A stretch of 64,000 nt of DNA from an uncultured Gemmatimonadales bacterium. GTDB lineage: Bacteria > Gemmatimonadota > Gemmatimonadetes > Longimicrobiales > RSA9. Numbering within the stretch: position 1 is the first letter of the stretch; every line of letters begins with the position of its first letter. Below the pieces are notes generated by a model. That model was not told where the DNA came from, did not search any database, and worked only from the letters and a program-made list of their open reading frames with translations. The DNA is taken from contig CAWCRS010000008.1 of the NCBI GenBank assembly GCA_963798085.1, forward strand, positions 32,001 to 96,000, given 5' to 3'. Made by a program: the position numbers and the translations under genes. Below, piece by piece: positions 19,402-27,929 of the stretch.

Positions 19402-21062
19402 GCGCCGGCAGCTCCCGCTACAGATTCAGGCGACGATGCGTGCCGCAGCTGCATCTCGCGCGCGATCATTGCGACGGGCACCGAGCCGAACGACAGGAAT
19501 TCGTCGTGAAAGGCGCGCAGCGTGAAGCGCGCGCCCAGCCGCTGCTGCAGCCCACGGCGCAGCGCATGAATCGCATCCCGGCCGGCCAGATACATGAGGC
19601 CCGTACCCGGAAACATGCTGTTCTTCACCGCTTCGCTGATTGCGGCGGGCTCGCTCATGCCCGTTGCGGCGAGGTAGTACCCGGCCGCGTCCTCGATCGA
19701 CAGCCGGCCGAGATGCATGCGTACATCGACGATCGCGCGGGCACACATGCGCAGCCGGGATTGCAGCTCGGACAGCTGCTCCAGCGGCGTAAGCGCACCG
19801 TGCTCCGCCATCAGGTCGGTGGCATAGCAGGCCCACCCCTCCGCCATGGTGCCGCCGCAGTACATGGCAATGCGCGCGGCGCAGTCCACCGCCGCCACCT
19901 GGCCGATACGCGACGCGGCGCGGTACGCGTGCCAGTTCTGCACGTGATGGCCGATGCCACCGTGATGGATGACGTGGTTGAGCTTGATGACGGCGTCGTT
20001 CGTGGCGCGCAGCAGCTCATGCTGCCGCTCCGGCGCCATGTCTGCATCGATGGGCGTGACCAGATAGTCGTGCACGGGCGGCCGCGCGAAGGTGGCCGGC
20101 GAACGATAGAACAGGAAGTAGAGATCGGGCGCGGCGGCGCGCGCCCATGCCGGCCGCGGCACGTAACGGATGGGGAAGTCCGGCCATGTCAGCAGCGCAT
20201 GCGCTTCCGCGATGCGGCGGACTTCATCCCAGCACGCCTGATAACGCGACAGATAGCCATCCACGGTGGGGTGTGCGCCGGCAAGAGCGGCGAGCGCTTC
20301 GCGCGCAGTTGCGAAGCCCAGTTGGCGGGCGCCGGCCTCCAGCTGCGTGCGCAGCTCGGGCATGCGGGCTTCTGCTTCCGCTGCAATGTCGGTGGCGTCC
20401 TGCTCCAGGAAATGCCCCTCGCGCAACAGCAGCGACAGCATTTCCTCGCCGCAGCCCTGGAAGTCGGCCCGGGGCTCGCGCTGCATGGATTCGAGATGGC
20501 GTGTGTGCTCCGTGAACGCGCGCGCGGCCGTATCGCCGGCCGCGCGCAGGGCTGATGCCTGCGGCGGGTGCACTGCCGCCAGCAGGTCGATGCCTTCCGT
20601 GAAGAACGCGAGCGCGCCGCGGCACTCGCGCAGTGCGCGCTCCGTCCACGGCACGGGCGAGACGCGCACCTGAGCGCGTGCCTGCGCCAGCAGCACAGGA
20701 ATCCCGTGCATGCGTTCGATCGCCGCCTGCAGGCGCTCGCCCACTGGCGCGAAGTCCGACAGCAGCAGCGACATCACGCCGAACACGGCTTCGCCCGTAT
20801 ACAGGCCGGGATTGCCGCGGTGGAAGTACGGCGACTCGAATTCCGCGATCTGCGTGCGCAGCCAGCCCCGCGCCAGCCGTGCGTCCAGCCCGGCCTCGCC
20901 TTCTGAGGAGCGCAGCAGCGTCCGCATTTCGGCGAGCGTGTCGCCCGCGCCGTTCTCCGACCCGTCGGGAAGACGATGGTCGTGCGCGTGCACGCCGATG
21001 AACGTGGCGTTCACCGGTCGTCGCGCGTAGTACGTCCGGAAGAAGTCGTCCAGCCAGCTCAT
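19398..21062 (-). CDS. DUF885-family putative metallohydrolase without signal peptide
   Basis: Starts MSWLDDFF; P..AT..G.H, GHHVQ, EGWACY, R..VD..H, F.LR.FHD.FL..G motifs; ATGA overlap with the SBP gene. Confidence 0.85.
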   Translation of the reverse strand: MSWLDDFFRTYYARRPVNATFIGVHAHDHRLPDGSENGAGDTLAEMRTLLRSSEGEAGLDARLARGWLRTQIAEFESPYFHRGNPGLYTGEAVFGVMSLLLSDFAPVGERLQAAIERMHGIPVLLAQARAQVRVSPVPWTERALRECRGALAFFTEGIDLLAAVHPPQASALRAAGDTAARAFTEHTRHLESMQREPRADFQGCGEEMLSLLLREGHFLEQDATDIAAEAEARMPELRTQLEAGARQLGFATAREALAALAGAHPTVDGYLSRYQACWDEVRRIAEAHALLTWPDFPIRYVPRPAWARAAAPDLYFLFYRSPATFARPPVHDYLVTPIDADMAPERQHELLRATNDAVIKLNHVIHHGGIGHHVQNWHAYRAASRIGQVAAVDCAARIAMYCGGTMAEGWACYATDLMAEHGALTPLEQLSELQSRLRMCARAIVDVRMHLGRLSIEDAAGYYLAATGMSEPAAISEAVKNSMFPGTGLMYLAGRDAIHALRRGLQQRLGARFTLRAFHDEFLSFGSVPVAMIAREMQLRHASSPESVAGAAGA

Positions 21063-21381
21063 GCGGTTCGGTTCCCCGGCGCGGAGTGCGCGCGCCCGTG
21101 CGGGCGTGGCGTGCTCATCATGGGCGCGCGTCGCGCACGGGGAAAGGCCCGGCAGTCCCCTCTGCCGCGCCGGTTCGCTGCCGCGCCGATTCGCAGGCGC
21201 GAGTCTCGCGCGTCGCGCATTCCTTCTCACGCCCGCGCTGCAGTCCAGCCCGGCAGCAGGCCGCCCACCCCGGCAACGCCCTGCATGCCCGTGCGTCGGT
21301 TGCAGCGCGCGCAGCGCGTGCGCAGGGCGTGAGGGCGCTCATCATCGCCGGGGCCGGGCAGTCGCCCCGGTGGCGTCCTAC

Positions 21382-21431
21382 CCCTTGCAAGTCTATGGCA
21401 GCGTGCCTACCTTACCCTGTCCGATCTATGG
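21382..21431 (+). promoter_or_regulatory. Sigma70-type promoter of padR overlapped by two putative operator boxes
   Basis: TTGCAA (21385)-N17-TACCTT (21408); CCCT-N6-TCTATGG at 21382 and 21415. Confidence 0.6.
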
Positions 21432-21445
21432 GAAGGAGCCACGAC

Positions 21446-21799
21446 ATGTTCAGTGACGACCGCGGGCTGCTGCAGGGCACGCTCGAGCTGCTCATCCTCA
21501 AGTCCCTGACCTGGGGACCCATGCATGGCTACGCCGTAGCGAACTGGATCGAGAGTGTGAGCGAGGATGAGCTGCGGGTGGAGGAAGGCTCGCTCTATCC
21601 GGCGCTGCACCGGCTCGAGCGCAAGGACCTGATCGAGGCGGAGTGGGGCGTATCCGAGAACAACCGGCGCGCGAAGTTTTACCGCCTGACGGCCACGGGC
21701 CGGCGCCGTCTGCGCGAGCAGGCAGTGGGCTGGGAGCGTTTCGCGGATGCGGTAGCGAGGGCGCTGAAGACGACGCGCGCACCGGATACGGGGAGGTAG
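21446..21799 (+). CDS. PadR-family transcriptional regulator (acidobacterial type)
   Basis: LLQGTLELLILK, HGY, EEGSLYPALHRLE, WGVSENNRRAKFY; RBS AAGGAG. Confidence 0.95.
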   Translation: MFSDDRGLLQGTLELLILKSLTWGPMHGYAVANWIESVSEDELRVEEGSLYPALHRLERKDLIEAEWGVSENNRRAKFYRLTATGRRRLREQAVGWERFADAVARALKTTRAPDTGR

Positions 21800-21801
21800 T
21801 G

Positions 21802-24495
21802 ATGGACCTGCGTGGCGGGTGGCGGCGTCTGCGCCGGGTGTTCCGGCGGGATGCGCCCAGCGAAGTGGAAGACGAGCTGCGGTTCCATCTGGAAATGCGC
21901 AGTCAGGAATACGAGCGCGGCGGGCTGGACGCGGAGCGCGCCCGCCTGGCGGCGGCGCGGCGCTTCGGCGACGTGGAGGGCGTGCGGCGCCATCTCGAAG
22001 CGATGGGCGATGCCGATCGACGCAGCCGGCGGCGTTTCCAGTGGCGCAGCGAGCTGCGTCAGGATGTGCGCTACGGCGCGCGCATGATCCTGCGCTCCCC
22101 GTTCGTCTTCCTCGTGCTGGTGAGCACGCTGGCGCTGGCCCTGGGCGCGGCCACGGCCGTGTTCAGCATCGTCAATAGCGTGTTAGTGAAGCCGCTGCCC
22201 TACGCCGCGCCCGACCGGCTGGTGCGTCTCTGGGAGATCACGCCGCGAGGCGAGGATCACAATGTGGTGTCGCCCGGGAACTACACGGACTGGCGGGCGC
22301 AGGCCAGGTCCTTCGCGGCGCTGGGCGCGCATTGCCAGCCATACGGTGTGGCGTTGACCGGCGACGGCGACGCCGTGCAGGTCATGATCACGGATGTGAC
22401 CCCATCGGTGCTGACACTGCTGGGCACGGCGCCGGAGCTGGGCAGCCTGTTCACGCAGGCGCAGGCCGACGCCAACGAGCCCGTCATCCTGTTGAGCGAC
22501 CGATTGTGGCGCACGCGTTTCGGCGCGGACCCGCACGTCGTCGGGCACAGCCTCATCCTGAATGCCGTCAGCTACACGGTCATCGGTGTGATGCCGCCGC
22601 ACTTCGACTTTCCCGCGGCATCGGTGGAGCTCTGGCGCGCGGTGGGCCCTGCGCAGGTGGACGTGAACGAGCGCCGCAGCCACAACTGGCTGGTGATCGG
22701 ACGGCTTGCGGACGGCGTGTCTGTGGCGCGGGCGCGCAGCGAGATGCGCGATCTGGCGCGTCGCCAGGCGAGCGCGTATCCCGCGTTCATGACCGGCTGG
22801 AGCATCAACGTGACGCCGCTGCAGGGGGACCTGGTTGCGGCGGTCCGGCCGATGCTGCTGGTGCTGCTGGGTGGCGTCGGGCTGGTGCTGCTCGTGGCGT
22901 GCGGCAACGCGGCGAACCTGCTGCTGGCGCGCGCCGTCACGCGCTCACAGGAAATGGCCGTGCGCGGTGCGCTGGGCGCCGGCCGTTCCCGCCTGCTGCG
23001 GCAGGTGCTCACGGAAAGTCTGCTGCTGGCTCTTACCAGCGGCGTGCTGGGCCTGGCACTGGCGCAGCTGCTGCTGCGCGGCCTGCTCACGCTCGCGCCA
23101 ACGGATCTTCCTCGCCTGCACGATGTGCACCTCGACCTGACGGTACTCGCGTTCGCACTGGCGACGGTGCTGTGCAGCACGCTGTTGTCCGGCATCCTTC
23201 CGGCGCTGCGCCTGGCAGGTACCGAGTTGCAGACGACGCTGCGCGCGGCGGACACGCGCGCCGGTGGGGCGCCGCACGCACGGCTGCGCTCGGCGCTGCT
23301 GGTGGCGGAGATCACGCTGTCGCTCGTGCTCATGGTGGGAGCAGGACTGCTCGTGCGCTCGTCACTGCAGCTGCAGCGCATCGATTACGGCTTTGCCGCG
23401 GGTGGGGGCCTGGCGGCGACGATGCTCGACCTGCCGCACGCACGCTATCGCGATGCGGCGGCGCACAATGCGTTCTACGGGCAGCTCATCGACCGTGTGG
23501 CGCAGCTGCCCGGTGTGGCCAGTGTGGGCGGCACATCCGAACCGCCCGCGATCGGCTACGCCATGACCTTCAGCTTCGCGATCGAGGGACGGCCATCGGC
23601 GAATCCGAGCGGCCGTGAAGATCCGCAGGCGTTGCGCGTGGTAACACCGGATTACTTCCGCACCATGGGCATACCGCTCGTCTCCGGCCGCGTCTTCGAC
23701 GCGCGCGACCGGGACGGTACGCCGCGCGTGATCGTCGTGAACGCGTCGTTCGCCCGTATGTACTGGCCGGGCGAGAATCCGCTGGGCCGGCGCATCAGCC
23801 TGGACCACATTGTCGCAGCGAACGGCCGGGAAGTGAGCGGGCCATGGTGGGAGATCGTCGGCGAGGTCGGTGATACGCGCATCACCGCCGCCGACACGCC
23901 GCCCGTCCCCGCGTTCTACATGCCCTACGCGCAGAAGCCGTGGGCGTGGATGTCGTGGATGGCGCTCATGGTCCGTCCGCTGCCGGGCGTCTCGCCGGAA
24001 GCCGTTGGCACGAGTGTGCGCACCGCGCTCCGCCAGCTGGATGCGGACGTTCCCATCGAGCGCTTCGCCACGGTCGCGCAACTGTACGGCGAAGGCCTGG
24101 CGAGGCGCCGGTTTGCCACGACCGTGCTGGCCGGTTTCGCCGCGGCCGCGCTCCTGCTCGGCATGGTGGGGATGTATGGGGTGCTGGCGTACACCGTGGC
24201 GCAGCGCCGGCGCGAGATCGGCATTCGCGTGGCCCTCGGCGCATCGCGCGGCCTCGTGGTAGGCAGTGTCGTGCGGCACGCGGTGCTGCTCGCGCTGCTG
24301 GGCGTGGCCCTCGGCACGAGCGTATCGCTGGCGCTCACTCGCCTGTTGCGCACGCTGCTCTATCAGGTATCGCCTGCAGACCCGCTCACGTTGACCACGG
24401 TCTCGCTGCTCGTGGTGTTAGTGGCCGCAATGGCGGCGCTGGTGCCGGCGGGACGCGCCGCACGCGTGAGTCCGCTGAGTGTGATCCGCGAGTAG
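21802..24495 (+). CDS. ADOP-type duplicated ABC (MacB/FtsX) permease
   Basis: EVEDELRFHLEMR leader, QDVRYGAR, two MacB-PCD/FtsX halves, ACGNAANLLLAR, RRREIGIRVALGA. Confidence 0.93.
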   Translation: MDLRGGWRRLRRVFRRDAPSEVEDELRFHLEMRSQEYERGGLDAERARLAAARRFGDVEGVRRHLEAMGDADRRSRRRFQWRSELRQDVRYGARMILRSPFVFLVLVSTLALALGAATAVFSIVNSVLVKPLPYAAPDRLVRLWEITPRGEDHNVVSPGNYTDWRAQARSFAALGAHCQPYGVALTGDGDAVQVMITDVTPSVLTLLGTAPELGSLFTQAQADANEPVILLSDRLWRTRFGADPHVVGHSLILNAVSYTVIGVMPPHFDFPAASVELWRAVGPAQVDVNERRSHNWLVIGRLADGVSVARARSEMRDLARRQASAYPAFMTGWSINVTPLQGDLVAAVRPMLLVLLGGVGLVLLVACGNAANLLLARAVTRSQEMAVRGALGAGRSRLLRQVLTESLLLALTSGVLGLALAQLLLRGLLTLAPTDLPRLHDVHLDLTVLAFALATVLCSTLLSGILPALRLAGTELQTTLRAADTRAGGAPHARLRSALLVAEITLSLVLMVGAGLLVRSSLQLQRIDYGFAAGGGLAATMLDLPHARYRDAAAHNAFYGQLIDRVAQLPGVASVGGTSEPPAIGYAMTFSFAIEGRPSANPSGREDPQALRVVTPDYFRTMGIPLVSGRVFDARDRDGTPRVIVVNASFARMYWPGENPLGRRISLDHIVAANGREVSGPWWEIVGEVGDTRITAADTPPVPAFYMPYAQKPWAWMSWMALMVRPLPGVSPEAVGTSVRTALRQLDADVPIERFATVAQLYGEGLARRRFATTVLAGFAAAALLLGMVGMYGVLAYTVAQRRREIGIRVALGASRGLVVGSVVRHAVLLALLGVALGTSVSLALTRLLRTLLYQVSPADPLTLTTVSLLVVLVAAMAALVPAGRAARVSPLSVIRE

Positions 24496-24691
24496 ATCCG
24501 CCCGTCGGTCCGGGCCGGGGGCCGCGTGAGAACGCACGCCCCGTGTCGCCGGCGTGCGGCCTGATCCCGTCGCGCGGCGCTCACGGCCCCGCCGGCTTGA
24601 CGCGCGTCCGACCAGGGGTTCCCTTCGGCAGGTCCTGCTTCGCCCGGGCGTGCGATGACGCCGGCGAGGGCAGCGCCGACGAGGGGGGTTC

Positions 24692-27127
24692 ATGCTGACT
24701 GCGTGGCTGAAGGATCTGCAGATTGCGGCGAGGGTGCTGCGGCGCTCGCCCGGCTTCGCGATCGTTTCCATCCTGACCGTGGGCATCGCGATCGGCGCCA
24801 ATGCGGCCATCTTCTCGGTCGTGAACGGCGTGATTCTGCGACCGCTGCCGTACACACAGCCGGAGAACCTCTACACCTTCTCGCTGGACGCCACCAAGGG
24901 CGGCGTGCCCGAAATGCCGCTCTCGCCCGCCGGCTACTGGCACTTCCACAACAAGAATCATTCCTTCGAGGACATGGGCAGCTACGTCACCCAGGTGCAG
25001 CCCCTCATCGTCGAAGGCAACGAGCCCGAGCAGATCGACATTGCCGCGGTGTCGGCCAGCGTTTTCACCACGCTCAAGGTCTCGCCGCTGATGGGGCGCC
25101 TGTTCACGCCCGATGAGGACCGGCCCAACGGGCCGCAGCTCGCGATTCTCAGCTACAATCTCTGGCGCACGCGCTTCGGCGGACAACAGTCGGTCCTGGG
25201 CAGGACCATCACGCTCAATGGGGTGCCGCGCGAAGTCATCGGCGTGATGCCGCGCGGCTTCGCGTTCCCGGATCCCAGGACCGCCGTCTGGTTCGCGCTG
25301 CGTCTGGATCCGGCGACGCAGCAGTTCGGCGGTCACTTCCTCACGCCCATCATCCGTCTCAAGCCGGGTGCTTCGGCGGTCGGCGCACTGGCGGACATCA
25401 AGGCGCTCATCCCCCGCCTTTCCGAGGTCGGCTACGGTCCGCAGTGGTTCGGCAACGTGTTCTCGGGGAATGCCAAGGTCGTGAGCCTGCGCGAATCGAT
25501 CGTCGGCAACAGCCAGCGACCGCTCCTGATCGTGTTCGGCGCGCTCGCTGTGGTGTTCCTCATTGCCTGCAGCAACATTGCAAACCTGTTCCTGGTGCGC
25601 ACCAAGACGCGCAACCGCGAGACCGCAGTGCGGCTGGCCATGGGCGCGACCCGCCGCCAGCTGATCCGCTACACCATGGCGGAGAGCAGCATCATTGCGA
25701 TCGCTTCCGGCCTGCTGGGCGTGCTGCTGGCGTACGGGGGCACGCGAACGCTGCTGGCGCTGCAACCCACCGCCATTCCGCGTCTCCAGGAAGTGGGGCT
25801 GAACGGCACCGTGCTGCTGTTCATTGCAGCGATCACGATTCTCGCCAGCGCGATGCTGGGTGTGCTGCCCGCAATACGCGCGGCCGGCGTGCAGGTGTCC
25901 GCGGCACTGCGCGATGGCGGCCGCTCGGCCACGGCGGGTCGCGAGAGCCAGGCCACGCGCGCCCTGCTCGTGGTCACGCAGGTCGCCATGGCGGTGATCC
26001 TGCTCGTGGGTGCGGGCCTCATGGTGCGCACGGCGCAGGCGCTGCGTCGTGTCGATCCCGGCTTCGATCCCGGGGGCGTGCTGACCTTCAACATTGCGCT
26101 GCCGCCTGCCAGTTACCGTCCGGGTGATGCCACGGCTGCCTTCTTCGCGAGTCTGCTCGAGTCCATCAAGGCGATGCCGGGCGTCGAAGCGGCAGGCGGC
26201 ATTGACGCGCTGCCGCTCTCGCAGTCGGGCGCTTTCCTGGCCGTGAACATCGAGGACCACCCGGTGGGTCCCAACGACTTCCCACCCGTATTCCAGGTGC
26301 GCCGCGTAACACCGGGTTATTTCGAGACCATGAAGATCCCGGTCAAGGAAGGCCGCGTATTCGATGCCAGCGATCACGAGGCAAGGCTGGGCACGGTCGT
26401 GGTAAGCAGCGGCCTGGCCAGCCACTACTGGCCTGGCGCATCGGCGCTGGGCCGGCGCATTGCGCCCAGCACGCCGGCCTTCGAGAAGATCGTGGGTGTG
26501 GTCGGCGAGGTGCGGCAGCAGTCGCTGAGCAAGCCGACCGACCAGACCATCTATCTGCCCATGGTCGATTCCGTGGGCGGCGGTGTGGTGCGCATGTCCA
26601 TCGTCGTGCGCACCAGCGGCGATCCGCTGCGTCTGGTACCGGCCATCCGCGCCGAGGTGAATCGGCGCGACCCCAAACTGCCCATTATCGGCATGCAGCG
26701 GCTGCAGGATGCCGTGGCCGACTCCATGGCTGACACGACGTTCACCATGCTGCTGCTGGCCATTGCCGCGGGCATTGCACTGGTGCTCGGCTCGGTGGGC
26801 ATCTACGGCCTGATCGCGTTCATTGTGGGCGAGCGCACGGCCGAGATCGGCACCCGCCTCAGCCTGGGCGCCGAGCCGTTGGCCGTGATGCGCCTGTTCC
26901 TCGGCCAGGCCTGGGCGCTGACCGGCATCGGCATTGGCATTGGCCTGGGCGTGTCCGTCGTGTCTACTCGCCTGTTAGGCCGCCTGCTGTACGGCATCAA
27001 CGCGTTCGACCCGATCACCTGGGTGCTGGCCCCGCTCGTGTTCCTCGCCGTCTCCACCGTGGCCTGCCTGATTCCGGCGAGTCGCGCGGCCGCGGTGGAC
27101 CCGGCCATCGCCCTGCGCCGCAGCTGA
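24692..27127 (+). CDS. Second ADOP-type duplicated ABC permease
   Basis: DLQIAARVLRRSPGF, ACSNIANL, RTAEIGTRLSLGA, PASRAAAVDPAIALR. Confidence 0.93.
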   Translation: MLTAWLKDLQIAARVLRRSPGFAIVSILTVGIAIGANAAIFSVVNGVILRPLPYTQPENLYTFSLDATKGGVPEMPLSPAGYWHFHNKNHSFEDMGSYVTQVQPLIVEGNEPEQIDIAAVSASVFTTLKVSPLMGRLFTPDEDRPNGPQLAILSYNLWRTRFGGQQSVLGRTITLNGVPREVIGVMPRGFAFPDPRTAVWFALRLDPATQQFGGHFLTPIIRLKPGASAVGALADIKALIPRLSEVGYGPQWFGNVFSGNAKVVSLRESIVGNSQRPLLIVFGALAVVFLIACSNIANLFLVRTKTRNRETAVRLAMGATRRQLIRYTMAESSIIAIASGLLGVLLAYGGTRTLLALQPTAIPRLQEVGLNGTVLLFIAAITILASAMLGVLPAIRAAGVQVSAALRDGGRSATAGRESQATRALLVVTQVAMAVILLVGAGLMVRTAQALRRVDPGFDPGGVLTFNIALPPASYRPGDATAAFFASLLESIKAMPGVEAAGGIDALPLSQSGAFLAVNIEDHPVGPNDFPPVFQVRRVTPGYFETMKIPVKEGRVFDASDHEARLGTVVVSSGLASHYWPGASALGRRIAPSTPAFEKIVGVVGEVRQQSLSKPTDQTIYLPMVDSVGGGVVRMSIVVRTSGDPLRLVPAIRAEVNRRDPKLPIIGMQRLQDAVADSMADTTFTMLLLAIAAGIALVLGSVGIYGLIAFIVGERTAEIGTRLSLGAEPLAVMRLFLGQAWALTGIGIGIGLGVSVVSTRLLGRLLYGINAFDPITWVLAPLVFLAVSTVACLIPASRAAAVDPAIALRRS

Positions 27128-27203
27128 GGGAGCCGCAGCGGCTGTCGCCGGTGTGCCGCCGTCCATTGCCGGCGACGCACGGAGTGGCGGTATGGCGCGC
27201 CGC

Positions 27204-27638
27204 TCAATGAAGCAGTGGCTTCTGGAACGTGTGGGCGAAACGGTCGCAGCAGGGGTCCGTCAGCTGCAGGCTGAGTGTGCCCGTGACGCGCGCCGTGTCT
27301 TCGTCCAGCGTGTCGAAGTCGAAGAGCTTGAGGGGCGGCGTGAAGGTCAGCACCCATGCGATCGAGCCATCTTCGGCTGTGTCCGGTGAGGCGCTGAAGT
27401 CGGAGGTGAGTGTGTGCTGCTGGTCGCGGTACGCGCGCGCCTGACCGTCGCCGGTCAGCTCGAGGCGCACGTGATAGCCATCGTTGCCGGGTGTGTGCTG
27501 CATGGCCGCGATGCCGCCCACCGAGCTGGTCCACTCCCACGTCCCGGTGTACACACTGTCCAGCACCGGCCCGTCCGCCGAGTCACAGGCGCAGATCAAC
27601 GACGCAGCCGCGATTCGGATCATCCACTGCAAGCGCAC
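27204..27638 (-). CDS. Small lipocalin-like lipoprotein
   Basis: RBS GAGGAGG then GTG; ICAC lipobox; GTWEW.SS.GGIA; C-terminal DPCCDRF. Confidence 0.7.
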   Translation of the reverse strand: MRLQWMIRIAAASLICACDSADGPVLDSVYTGTWEWTSSVGGIAAMQHTPGNDGYHVRLELTGDGQARAYRDQQHTLTSDFSASPDTAEDGSIAWVLTFTPPLKLFDFDTLDEDTARVTGTLSLQLTDPCCDRFAHTFQKPLLH

Positions 27639-27929
27639 GACAGCCTCCTCGCCTCGATCTCCCTGGAGGAACGCCCGGGCGCGGGTCCTGCTAACACAAC
27701 CTGCGAGCCCAGCGCCGGCCTGCCGGGCAGGGCGCCTCCGCATCGGTGTTCCCGCAAGTGCACGGATTGTTCCATCGGATCGGGTTTTCACAGCGCAGGC
27801 GACGACGGGTCCCCCTGCCCGCCCGCGCGCACGCCGCCATGTCGAAGACGGGGCAGGGCTCGTACATTCGGCCCTGTCGGTCCCGCTCACGAGCCTATCC
27901 GCCGCGACCCGCGCGGCGAAAGGAGCGTC

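Noticed and set aside
24581..26425. Long antisense or alternate-frame ORFs (also 1993..3714, 11894..13258, 17938..19509, 39698..41641, 57993..59390)
   Set aside because: Shadow ORFs of high-GC coding DNA: Arg/Ala-rich, no motifs, and opposite well-supported genes.
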